Positions 1 through 7,195 of a stretch of DNA of 41,689 nucleotides are shown here, piece after piece. This stretch comes from a virus. The position numbers were made by a program, and so were the translations under genes. The stretch lies in the IMG/VR virus record IMGVR_UViG_3300045988_150364; one strand, given 5' to 3'. Each line of letters begins with the position of its first letter. Within the stretch, counting starts at the first letter, position 1. Under the pieces are notes generated by a model that was not told where the DNA came from, ran no database searches, and was given only the letters and a program-made list of their open reading frames with translations.

Positions 1-45
1 TGGTACGCCCGAGTGGAATCGAACCACCGCACACGGCTCCGGAGG
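1..45 (-). repeat. attL core: 45-bp direct repeat identical to 41645-41689. Its reverse complement reads as a tRNA T-arm plus acceptor 3' end (GGTGGTTCGATTCCACT CGGGCGT A CCA). This copy is the displaced tRNA 3' fragment.
   Basis: Exact 45-nt identity between window start and end; TTCGATT T-loop with a 5-bp stem and a 7-nt acceptor strand plus CCA on the minus strand; integrase gene immediately adjacent. The repeat may extend beyond the window edges. Confidence 0.8.
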
Positions 46-77
46 GCTTGTTGCAAGCTTTAAAACCATTGATATAA

Positions 78-1196
78 CTAGCTTTGTTGATTTATGGTCG
101 CAGTTTTGGTCGCACTCTTTGTTTTTTTCTTCTGAAAAAGGTCTATTATATGTCTGTTAAATCCTGGCATTGCATGTCCGTACATTTTAAGTGTTGTGTT
201 TGCGTCAGCGTGTCCAAGACACCTTGATACTTCTAAGATGGGTATATCTTTAGTGAGTGCTGCTGTAGCAAATGTATGCCTGAATGTATGGATATTTTTA
301 TTTACTCCGGCCAACTCACATATCTTTACCCAAGCACGTCGGATATTTCCATAGTTAAGGGCTTTACCGCTTTCGGTACAAAATACGAAGCCGTTTATAT
401 AAGTGATTTTACCGCTTGTCTGCATAGCTTTTAGTCTTTCTATGCATGCATCATATACGATCGGGATGTGACGTATACCTGCTTTTGTTTTAGGATCATG
501 GAATATTTGACCAGTACCACTGTCTTTTGCGCGTTGTATACAAATTTCTCTTTTATCAAAATCAATATCTTCCCATTTTATTGCAAGAAGTTCACCTATC
601 CTGCAGCCAAGTACTAGGAGCAAATAAAATAATGTGTAGTATTTTTTATAGTATTTGTTGGTACGTAGTACACGGAAGATGCGAAGCAGTTCACTAAAAG
701 AAAATACTGACATTTCTTTATATTTGATTTTCACCGGTTCAACAGCTTGCATTGGATTATATTGTACCATTCTCAGAGCCACAGCTTTCTTGTAAGCGGC
801 GAAAAGTAACTTATGTATCTTACTTATTGAAGAGGTACTTAAAACACCGTCATAGCTATTATACAGCTTTTGTATTTCTTTGCCGCTGAGCTGGTCAATG
901 GGTATATGTGCAATAGGAGCAAGCTTATTAGCACTTTGTTTTTGCCTTGCAAAACTGTTGCTGCGCAGGTGTGGTTTTTGATATGTTTCTAAAAATTCTA
1001 TTACCCATTCTCCAATGGTAATAGAAGAGGATGTAAGATTTCCTTTATCACGTTCTGCACGAATTTCTTTCTTAAATTCTTTGGCTTCTTTTTCGGTGGC
1101 AAAGCGTTTACGGTGACGTTTGCCGTCGTTGTCACAATAGTCGTAACAATACTTTTTTCGTGCTTTGTCGTACCATATTGTTCCGTCGCCGTACAT
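78..1196 (-). CDS. int: Tyrosine site-specific integrase (phage integrase family)
   Basis: 372 aa. C-terminal catalytic signature ...HTFRHTFATAAL...LGHADANTTLKMYGH (R..HxxR..Y), basic N-terminal arm-binding-like domain, adjacent to the tRNA-derived att repeat. Confidence 0.93.
   Translation of the reverse strand: MYGDGTIWYDKARKKYCYDYCDNDGKRHRKRFATEKEAKEFKKEIRAERDKGNLTSSSITIGEWVIEFLETYQKPHLRSNSFARQKQSANKLAPIAHIPIDQLSGKEIQKLYNSYDGVLSTSSISKIHKLLFAAYKKAVALRMVQYNPMQAVEPVKIKYKEMSVFSFSELLRIFRVLRTNKYYKKYYTLFYLLLVLGCRIGELLAIKWEDIDFDKREICIQRAKDSGTGQIFHDPKTKAGIRHIPIVYDACIERLKAMQTSGKITYINGFVFCTESGKALNYGNIRRAWVKICELAGVNKNIHTFRHTFATAALTKDIPILEVSRCLGHADANTTLKMYGHAMPGFNRHIIDLFQKKKTKSATKTATINQQS
95..116. promoter_or_regulatory. 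22-bp motif TGGTCGCAGTTTTGGTCGCACT (two TGGTCGCA half-repeats) followed by a T-run; repeated at 41508-41529. Candidate integrase arm-type binding sites (P/P' arms).
   Basis: Perfect 22-bp direct repeat located about 50 bp inside attL and about 115 bp inside attR, each followed by a similar T-rich stretch. The left copy overlaps the int 3' end. Confidence 0.45.
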
Positions 1197-1235
1197 TGCT
1201 TCACGTCCTTTTTTATTATATTTTTAGGGATGTTT

Positions 1236-1454
1236 TTACAAACTTATAAGGTAAGACTGTATATCAGACAGCTCACGTTGAATGTAGCGCAAGTCGTCAG
1301 ATACATCATCTATACCAGATTGAATAAGCCAAAGGCTATCAATTTCTTGTGATATTAAATTTATTTGATACGCTTGGAAACAAAGCATACATATGATAAT
1401 TAATAACAAAATGTTAGTAAGATTAATAGTGTTAATTTTAAACTTATTATCCAT
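1236..1454 (-). CDS. Small hypothetical protein with N-terminal TM helix and coiled-coil tail
   Basis: 72-aa ORF between int and the lysogeny genes; hydrophobic segment ILLLIIICMLCF; AT-rich codon usage. Confidence 0.4.
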   Translation of the reverse strand: MDNKFKINTINLTNILLLIIICMLCFQAYQINLISQEIDSLWLIQSGIDDVSDDLRYIQRELSDIQSYLISL

Positions 1455-1516
1455 TATTTAGTGCCTCTCTACTTATAGTTTTTATTAAATTCATTTTTTT
1501 AATGGGGGTTATGAAT

Positions 1517-1930
1517 TTATTTTCGTTGTCGTAGCGTTTTACCAGCGTAAACAATAGAAAACATAAACAAAAGTGCGTATATAATGTCAATAAAAACCCA
1601 CGATGAACGGGTATATTGGACGACAAAAGGAAAAATATGAATTCCTAGAGCAATGTTCAGTAAACTTAAACTAATAATTTTTATTGAAAAGAATTTATAA
1701 GCACTATAAAAGTAACATATAGTTAGAAGCGTACGTGCATAGTAATAGTTTTCCTGACGTGGTAATCCTATAACAAGTGCAGTAAGCATAATAATAGCAG
1801 GAACATAAGCAAATAATATGTTGCTAAAAGCGGTGTGGTCATCCTTTAACGACATAATTCCAACAAAAACAAATACAAATCCTACAAGGATAATAAATAT
1901 TTCTACTAATGCTTGCAGTATATTATCCAT
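1517..1930 (-). CDS. Integral membrane protein (about 4 TM helices), unknown function; possible superinfection-exclusion or Abi-type accessory
   Basis: 137-aa ORF, strongly hydrophobic throughout, sitting in the repressor-int operon on the minus strand. Confidence 0.5.
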   Translation of the reverse strand: MDNILQALVEIFIILVGFVFVFVGIMSLKDDHTAFSNILFAYVPAIIMLTALVIGLPRQENYYYARTLLTICYFYSAYKFFSIKIISLSLLNIALGIHIFPFVVQYTRSSWVFIDIIYALLFMFSIVYAGKTLRQRK

Positions 1931-1982
1931 AATGAGGCCTCTTTTCTAAATTTTAATTTAAGATTTAATAATTCTTATTAAA

Positions 1983-2207
1983 TCATTTATGACTATGACG
2001 TTGAGCTTCAAGTTCGTCAACAAAACAATAGTTATCAAAGTCATTATTTATAATATGCTCCTGCTCATGTAGGAGTGTTTTTTTATTTGTTTCAAAAGTA
2101 AACCTAGAGTTAAGGACACAAATTTTTTCACCTTCAGGAGTACAAAAACAAAAACCTTTTATTGTTAGAGGAAGATCAAATAATATGGTTCGTTCAATCA
2201 TCTTCAT
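1983..2207 (-). CDS. Short ImmA/IrrE-like protein carrying an HExxH (HEQEH) motif; possible truncated anti-repressor metallopeptidase
   Basis: 74 aa; LLHEQEHIINND matches the zincin HExxH helix. Lies immediately downstream of, and overlapping, the XRE repressor gene as in immR-immA modules. Much shorter than canonical ImmA (about 170 aa). Confidence 0.4.
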   Translation of the reverse strand: MKMIERTILFDLPLTIKGFCFCTPEGEKICVLNSRFTFETNKKTLLHEQEHIINNDFDNYCFVDELEAQRHSHK

Positions 2208-2580
2208 TACGTTCCTTTTTTCTCATTCTGCTAACCATATCGGCTACAAATTTTAAATCTTCCGGAGATACATTTTTGGCCGCATCAAATAATATTTTCA
2301 TGTCGGGATTATCATATATTTCTTGCGCCATTTTTGCAGCTTCGGGATTTGTGTAATAGCCTTCTCGTTCAACGGCAGTAATATTTTCTTTGTTACCAAG
2401 TAAATAGTCGGTACTTACACAAAACTTTTGAGCTAATTTCAAAATCATTTCGTTGGACGGCATACGCTGACCGAGTTCATAAAAGGATACTGCTTTTGGT
2501 GTTACTCCCAAGAAGTCTGCCAACTCTTTTTGTGTTATATCATGCTCTTGTCTTAATTGTTTTATTCGTTGACCTAACAT
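2194..2580 (-). CDS. XRE-family HTH transcriptional repressor (CI-like lysogeny repressor)
   Basis: Start re-set to the Met of MLGQRIKQLRQEHDITQKELADFLGVTPKAVSFYELGQRMPS (classic HTH_3), which has a GGGAGGTGA RBS 7 nt upstream. The longer track ORF (to 2679) would start inside the promoter region. Confidence 0.85.
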   Translation of the reverse strand: MLGQRIKQLRQEHDITQKELADFLGVTPKAVSFYELGQRMPSNEMILKLAQKFCVSTDYLLGNKENITAVEREGYYTNPEAAKMAQEIYDNPDMKILFDAAKNVSPEDLKFVADMVSRMRKKERNEDD

Positions 2581-2595
2581 CAAGCTCACCTCCCT

Positions 2596-2684
2596 TTTGT
2601 GTACTGTGTGTTCATTATACAATAAAAATATAAAAAAAGCTATTGACATTCCACATATTGTACAGTACAATATGTACACAGAGA
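2596..2684. promoter_or_regulatory. Genetic switch region: divergent promoters with TGTAC/GTACA operator half-sites
   Basis: Plus strand: TTGACA (2643-2648), 17-bp spacer, TACAAT (2666-2671), feeding the cro-like gene. Minus strand: extended -10 TGTATAAT (complement of 2614-2622), feeding the repressor. Inverted half-sites TGTAC-A-GTACA and GTACA-ATA-TGTAC (2659-2680) overlap the -10, and another TGTAC lies at 2600-2604. Confidence 0.6.
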
Positions 2685-2697
2685 AAGGAGGGGTACA

Positions 2698-2904
2698 ATG
2701 AACAAATTAAAAGAAATTAGAATGAAGAATAATATTAGCCAGGAATTACTCGCTTGTAAAGTGGGCGTTACCGTTAGGTATATTGCATTTCTTGAAAGTG
2801 GGGCTCGAAAACCCTCAATAGATGTCGCTTTTAAAATAGCAAAAGTTTTAAAAAGCACAGTTGATGATATTTTTTTGCCACGTAAATGTACAAAATGTTC
2901 ATAA
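2698..2904 (+). CDS. Cro-like XRE-family HTH regulator
   Basis: 68 aa, ISQELLACKVGVTVRYIAFLESGARKPSIDVAFKIAKVL HTH_3 motif, AAAGGAGGGG RBS, transcribed divergently from the repressor. Confidence 0.85.
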   Translation: MNKLKEIRMKNNISQELLACKVGVTVRYIAFLESGARKPSIDVAFKIAKVLKSTVDDIFLPRKCTKCS

Positions 2905-2939
2905 ACCTAAACAAACAGCGGTGAAAAAGGAGCGTAACA

Positions 2940-3149
2940 ATGTTAGGACTAATGATAGCATTAGCACTTCTTGTTATTGGAAGAATTACTAACAACATAA
3001 TACTCATAGTAATAGGAATGTGTTTTTGCTTTGTTTTTGGACTGTTTACTTCTTATACGATAGGCGGTTACGAATTGATGTATATATTCGTTCTGTCCAT
3101 GATTGTTGTTCTTGCGATATTAGGTTTAATACTGAAGTTATTAAAATAA
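2940..3149 (+). CDS. Small membrane protein (2 TM)
   Basis: 69 aa, almost entirely hydrophobic; AAAGGAG RBS. Confidence 0.5.
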   Translation: MLGLMIALALLVIGRITNNIILIVIGMCFCFVFGLFTSYTIGGYELMYIFVLSMIVVLAILGLILKLLK

Positions 3150-3286
3150 TCCTAATTAAGAAACAAAAAGAAACACCCGCTGCTCTCTGGAAAAGTTTAG
3201 CGAGTGTTTCTTGTGACCAGCCGAAGCTGACGAGAACATTATAACACGCTTCGACTGGTATATCAACTTTGAAAGAGGGATATACC

Positions 3287-3439
3287 ATGAACAAGAAAGA
3301 TGAAGCTTTGGCAAAGTTTGTCGAAGTGGTAAAGAATTTAAGTTCTAAAGAGTTTAAAGAAAAGTATGTTAAGGATAGTAAAGGGCTTGATGAAATTGAA
3401 AGAAAGGAGGATCAGGAAGATGGAGCTTGTGACGTGTGA
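3287..3439 (+). CDS. Small hypothetical protein (50 aa), acidic/lysine-rich
   Basis: ATG with GAAAGAGGGA RBS; not in the ORF track (under 60 aa); its end overlaps the excisionase start by 20 nt. Confidence 0.35.
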   Translation: MNKKDEALAKFVEVVKNLSSKEFKEKYVKDSKGLDEIERKEDQEDGACDV

Positions 3440-3671
3440 CGAGTATGCGAAGAGCAGAGGATTATCGTTGGTTACCATCCGAAGGTATTGCCGTGAAGGA
3501 ATTGTCCCATACCTTCGGATTGGTAAGGTATATAGGTTAGATCCTCCGCTAGTTGATGAAGCTTTAGCACAAGTTATGCGTGAGAATATGGAATATCGAT
3601 CTAATGGGATAAAGCGAAGTCGTAAGCGAAGGAAAAATTTTGATTTTGAAGCAGCGTTAAAGGCTTTATAG
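3420..3671 (+). CDS. xis: Excisionase-like / MerR-type HTH DNA-binding protein
   Basis: Start set at MELVTCDEYAKSRGLSLVTIRRYCREGIVPYLRIGKVYRL (HTH_17/Xis-like) with an AAGGAGGA RBS; basic C-terminus. Confidence 0.6.
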   Translation: MELVTCDEYAKSRGLSLVTIRRYCREGIVPYLRIGKVYRLDPPLVDEALAQVMRENMEYRSNGIKRSRKRRKNFDFEAALKAL

Positions 3672-3682
3672 GAGGTTGAATT

Positions 3683-3841
3683 ATGAAAGCATTAATCAAA
3701 GTAGCAGGAACAGCAGTAGTGATGAAAGAGAGTATTAAGGAGCAACCTTGTGTATGGGCTTTGACCGCTTTGTCTATAGCAACAGTAGTTAAGCTGATAT
3801 ATGACATAGGTTACGCTATGGGGCAGGTGGCAGGCTTATGA
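3683..3841 (+). CDS. Small membrane peptide (52 aa)
   Basis: GGAGG RBS 7 nt upstream of ATG; hydrophobic; not in the track (under 60 aa). Confidence 0.35.
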   Translation: MKALIKVAGTAVVMKESIKEQPCVWALTALSIATVVKLIYDIGYAMGQVAGL

Positions 3842-3933
3842 TTAGAGATTTTACCGTAGCAACTACTGCAATATTTGTCGGAACATACATTGCTATTATG
3901 GCTGCTGTAGTGACTGTAGGGGTGTTGAGATGA
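3838..3933 (+). CDS. Very small hydrophobic peptide (31 aa)
   Basis: ATGA start/stop overlap with the preceding small ORF, suggesting translational coupling; single TM. Speculative. Confidence 0.2.
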   Translation: MIRDFTVATTAIFVGTYIAIMAAVVTVGVLR

Positions 3934-4052
3934 ATAGGCAAAAGAAAAAGAGCTACCGAAGTTGCAGCTTCGATAGCTCAGGGTGGACATGTAAATTTTA
4001 CGAAGTTTAGCGTCCACCTTCATTTTAGCAAAAGAATTGGAGGATTGCAAGT

Positions 4053-4295
4053 ATGGATAAATTTGATGATTTAGTATATTCGCTTCGGTATGAAGCAGAG
4101 GCTATTCTAGAGAATCTGAAGGAAATGGATGATCTGGATGGTGATGAAGCTAAAGTCAGTACATTGCTGAAATGGATCAAAAGTAGTGCAAATAGTATTG
4201 AAAATAAAATTGAAGATTATCAACCTAACCAGGGAATAACAACAGCTGAATTACGTAGCAAGATGATACTAAGCTATCCGGGGAGGGCATTATGA
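4053..4295 (+). CDS. Hypothetical acidic protein
   Basis: 80 aa, GGAGGA RBS, early operon. Confidence 0.5.
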   Translation: MDKFDDLVYSLRYEAEAILENLKEMDDLDGDEAKVSTLLKWIKSSANSIENKIEDYQPNQGITTAELRSKMILSYPGRAL

Positions 4296-4981
4296 TGGAC
4301 GATAGATATACAGCTGTATCTAATCCGCCAAAAGATGCTTTAAAAGAAATAGAATTTGGTGCATTGCGTGGTAAAAGTGATATTAATCCGCAATGGAAAA
4401 TAGAAGCAATGACGGAAAAATATGGGATGTGTGGAATTGGTTGGAAATTTGAAATTGTTGATATACGTACTACTTGTATGCAGGATGACGGAAGAATATT
4501 GCTTTTTATGCAGGTGAATTTGTTCATAAAAGACGGTGAAAATTGGAGTGCTCCTATCCCTGGTTATGGTGGGGATATGATTGTAAAGAAAAATAAGAAT
4601 GGGATTGAACCTAATGATGAAGCTTATAAGATGTGTTTAACAGATGCACTCGGAAATGCTTTGAAGTACGTTGGTGTTGCGGCTTCTGTATATCGCGGTT
4701 TTTATGAAACAAAACATGAAAAACGGCAAGCTGATAAACGTGAAGAAAAGAAACGTCAAGAAGAAAGCCCAATTCAAATTACGTCTACCAGTGCATCTGG
4801 TTATGTAAGATTTATAAATGGTATTCAGTGTCAAGTTAAAAGTACTCGAAATAACGAATGGTATGACGTAGAATATTTAACTCTGAAAAATTTAGAAGAA
4901 ATTCTTGAAGATGAAAAATATTCTGATGCTTATGATGCTATTAGATCAATGATCAATGCTAAGGCAGCTGGGATGAAATGA
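4292..4981 (+). CDS. Putative single-strand annealing protein (ERF/Rad52-like recombinase)
   Basis: 229 aa. DGENWSAPIPGYGGDMIVKK...EAYKMCLTDALGNALKYVGVAASVY resembles the ERF core (P22 Erf DGEN...SYARKY..LFGI), and it sits in the recombination/replication module. Recalled similarity, not searched. Confidence 0.4.
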   Translation: MMDDRYTAVSNPPKDALKEIEFGALRGKSDINPQWKIEAMTEKYGMCGIGWKFEIVDIRTTCMQDDGRILLFMQVNLFIKDGENWSAPIPGYGGDMIVKKNKNGIEPNDEAYKMCLTDALGNALKYVGVAASVYRGFYETKHEKRQADKREEKKRQEESPIQITSTSASGYVRFINGIQCQVKSTRNNEWYDVEYLTLKNLEEILEDEKYSDAYDAIRSMINAKAAGMK

Positions 4982-5529
4982 AGTTCACGGTTAAAGGGTT
5001 ACAGAGATTAAAAGGGATGGGATACATAAATTTAGTAGTACCTGTCCCTTTATCAGAGGAAGAAGAAATCAATAAAATCGATCCTGAAAAGCAGTATGTT
5101 GTAGAGGTCAAGCAATGGCGCAAAGGGCGTTCTAACGACGCTAATAAATACGCTTGGGTATTGTGTCAAAAAATAGCAGAAAAGCTGTCAGAAGAGAGCT
5201 TTCACAGCAAGGAAGATGTTTACAGGAAGGCGATCAGGGAATGTGGTTACGGCAGAATATGGCCAGTGCCAACTGACGCTGTAAACAGAACTATTGAAAT
5301 TTGGCAAAGTAATGGTGTCGGCTGGATAGCTGAATTGGTTGGAGAGTGTCATAACATTAAAGGCTATAGCAATGTAAGAGTATATTATGGCAGCAGCGCT
5401 TATGACACGAAAGAGATGAGCCGATTTATAGATTGTTTAGTATCTATGGCAAAAGAGAATGGTGTAGAGACTAGGCCGCAGGAAGAATTAGATGACCTGA
5501 TCAGGGAGTGGGGCGTTAAAGATGGCTAA
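4978..5529 (+). CDS. Hypothetical protein in the recombination module
   Basis: 183 aa, overlapping start/stop with its neighbours; no recognisable motif. Confidence 0.5.
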   Translation: MKFTVKGLQRLKGMGYINLVVPVPLSEEEEINKIDPEKQYVVEVKQWRKGRSNDANKYAWVLCQKIAEKLSEESFHSKEDVYRKAIRECGYGRIWPVPTDAVNRTIEIWQSNGVGWIAELVGECHNIKGYSNVRVYYGSSAYDTKEMSRFIDCLVSMAKENGVETRPQEELDDLIREWGVKDG

Positions 5530-5806
5530 GAGTATCATACAGAAAGAAAAATATTGTTACCTATCTGGAGCGAAAAATGTGCCACTTGAGGAGCATCATT
5601 GTTTCTTTGGTCCGTTACGCAAAATCAGTGAAAGATACGGCTTTAAAGTTTGGCTTACCCCTGAATATCATAGAGGGAAGAATGGTCCGCATCAGGATAG
5701 GCAAACAGATTTACTGTTGAAAAGGGTATGTCAACGTAAGTTTGAAGAAACTCATAGCAGAGAAGAATTTATGGAGATTATCGGAAGAAATTATTTAGAC
5801 GACTGA
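5522..5806 (+). CDS. HNH-like nuclease family small protein
   Basis: 94 aa; Cys/His pattern C.Y...EEHHCFFG...WLTPEYHRGKNGPH resembles an HH..N..H nuclease motif. Confidence 0.3.
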   Translation: MAKSIIQKEKYCYLSGAKNVPLEEHHCFFGPLRKISERYGFKVWLTPEYHRGKNGPHQDRQTDLLLKRVCQRKFEETHSREEFMEIIGRNYLDD

Positions 5807-5816
5807 AAGGATTATC

Positions 5817-6521
5817 ATGAACTACGTTGCACAGATGAATGCGTTTTGGAGCTGGCGGTTACTCAACCAACTTAATAGTCGAGCTGCTGATTTGTATATG
5901 GCATTATTGCATTTCAACAATTTAGGCGGCTGGCAAAAAGAGTTTACCGTGTCCAGCACGATGCTGCAATCGGTGTGTGGAATTTCTCGGACTGAATTAA
6001 GTAGGCATAGGAATACTCTAATTCAGATGGGGCTGATTTCATACCAGGGCGGCAAAGGTAGTCGATCAGGTTTTTATCAGATATTTGATTTGTGTATCGT
6101 ATACCGAACACAAACTGATACACAACCTGTAACACAACTTGTAACACAAACTGATACACAACCTGTAACACAATCTCGCGCGGAGAAGAAAGTATATATA
6201 AATAATATTATTAATAATAAACAAAACGAAAAGAAACAAGAAGCGCCTGACTGTGAACGGGAAGAATATTTTGCCCGATTCTGGGAAGCATACCCAGTGA
6301 AGGTGAAAAAGCCTGTAGCTAAAATCGAGTGGAACAAGCTGGTTGATCCATGTGTGGAGCTGTATGAAAAAATCATAGCTGCTGTTGAGCAGTATAAGCA
6401 AACAAGCCGTTGGAAAGAAAGCAACGGGGCTTATATTCCATACCCTGAAACCTTCTTGCAGGATAGGCGTTGGGAAGATGAGATACGTGTTACAGAGCAG
6501 AAAAAAGAATGGGCATGGTGA
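5817..6521 (+). CDS. Replisome organizer / DnaD-like replication initiation protein with iterons embedded in its coding sequence
   Basis: 234 aa. The N-terminal winged-helix region (LYMALLHFNNLGGWQKEFTVSSTMLQSVCGISRTELSRHRNTLIQMGLISYQ) is typical of phage replication-initiator N-domains; the repeated TQTDTQPVTQ peptide is encoded by the iterons. Confidence 0.6.
   Translation: MNYVAQMNAFWSWRLLNQLNSRAADLYMALLHFNNLGGWQKEFTVSSTMLQSVCGISRTELSRHRNTLIQMGLISYQGGKGSRSGFYQIFDLCIVYRTQTDTQPVTQLVTQTDTQPVTQSRAEKKVYINNIINNKQNEKKQEAPDCEREEYFARFWEAYPVKVKKPVAKIEWNKLVDPCVELYEKIIAAVEQYKQTSRWKESNGAYIPYPETFLQDRRWEDEIRVTEQKKEWAW
6108..6173. repeat. Candidate origin iterons: a 30-bp unit ACACAAACTGATACACAACCTGTAACACAA occurs twice, giving ACACAA hexamers phased every 12 bp, followed by an AT-rich tract (about 6191-6233)
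   Basis: Direct repeats read directly in the sequence inside the initiator gene, with an adjacent 40-bp stretch that is almost pure A/T (a candidate DNA-unwinding element). Confidence 0.55.
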
Positions 6522-6531
6522 GGTGATTTGA

Positions 6532-7182
6532 ATGCTTGATATCGGCGATATAGAGGCTGCGTTTGTGGTATGGCGGGCAGCTGGCTTAACTCCACCACCG
6601 ATGAATGATGTGCAGCGGGAAAACTTTATGACTAAAACGCTGGAGCAATACAAGTATACACAGGTCAAAGATTGGGCAGAAGCTGTTGAGTGGGTGGCTA
6701 ATAACAATACGCGCTGGGCAACGTGGTTCGACATCAATACAGCGCTGTCGATAGTCCGGCAGAATAAAATTCGCGAAGAAAAGAAAGCGATTGAGCGTAA
6801 TTCTAAAGCGGCGAATGAGTTTGTGAAGAAGCTATTTGCTGACCTTGATGCTGGTAAAACATTTGGTGAGCTACGGCCGCCAATAAGCGATAAAGTTAGA
6901 GCTGCAGCAAAGAGGATTTTTCCTGATGCCGATGATAGCTTTATAAAGCGTAATTACAACGATATCAGCTTTATCGCAGACGTTGAACGAAAATGCGCTG
7001 AATGTATTAACACTGTTGATTGCCCATACAGCGGACATCAACCGTTTTTGAGAGTAGACAAAGAAAGCGGATTTACTTATGTGGTTGCTGATCGTGAGCG
7101 GTGTTATAAATATCATCCGTTAGTGCCTGATGTAGTACCAAAACGGTCAACCTGTCGTCAAGGTGATTTAGCTAAAGTTTAA
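6532..7182 (+). CDS. Hypothetical replication-module protein with C-terminal Cys/His cluster
   Basis: 216 aa; CAECINTVDCPYSGH...CYKYH metal-binding-like cluster; no Walker motifs, so it is not a DnaC-type loader. Confidence 0.5.
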   Translation: MLDIGDIEAAFVVWRAAGLTPPPMNDVQRENFMTKTLEQYKYTQVKDWAEAVEWVANNNTRWATWFDINTALSIVRQNKIREEKKAIERNSKAANEFVKKLFADLDAGKTFGELRPPISDKVRAAAKRIFPDADDSFIKRNYNDISFIADVERKCAECINTVDCPYSGHQPFLRVDKESGFTYVVADRERCYKYHPLVPDVVPKRSTCRQGDLAKV

Positions 7183-7195
7183 AGGAGCGGTAACT

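Noticed and set aside
46-77. Continuation of the tRNA body at attL
   Set aside because: The sequence beyond the 45-bp core has no anticodon or D-arm structure. This is phage DNA; the intact tRNA is at the attR side.
1-77. tmRNA (ssrA) as the integration target
   Set aside because: The 3' end reads ...CTCGGGCGTACCA and not the ...CTCCACCA-type tmRNA terminus, and no G3:U70 acceptor pairing is evident. Retained only as a generic tRNA 3' end.
3811-4050. Minus-strand ORF 3811-4050
   Set aside because: It opposes a run of coupled small plus-strand ORFs and has an unusual Ser/Cys-rich composition.
6066-6737. Minus-strand ORFs 6066-6737 and 6077-6424, and 5944-6171
   Set aside because: They are antisense to the well-supported DnaD-like gene, low-complexity, and have no RBS.
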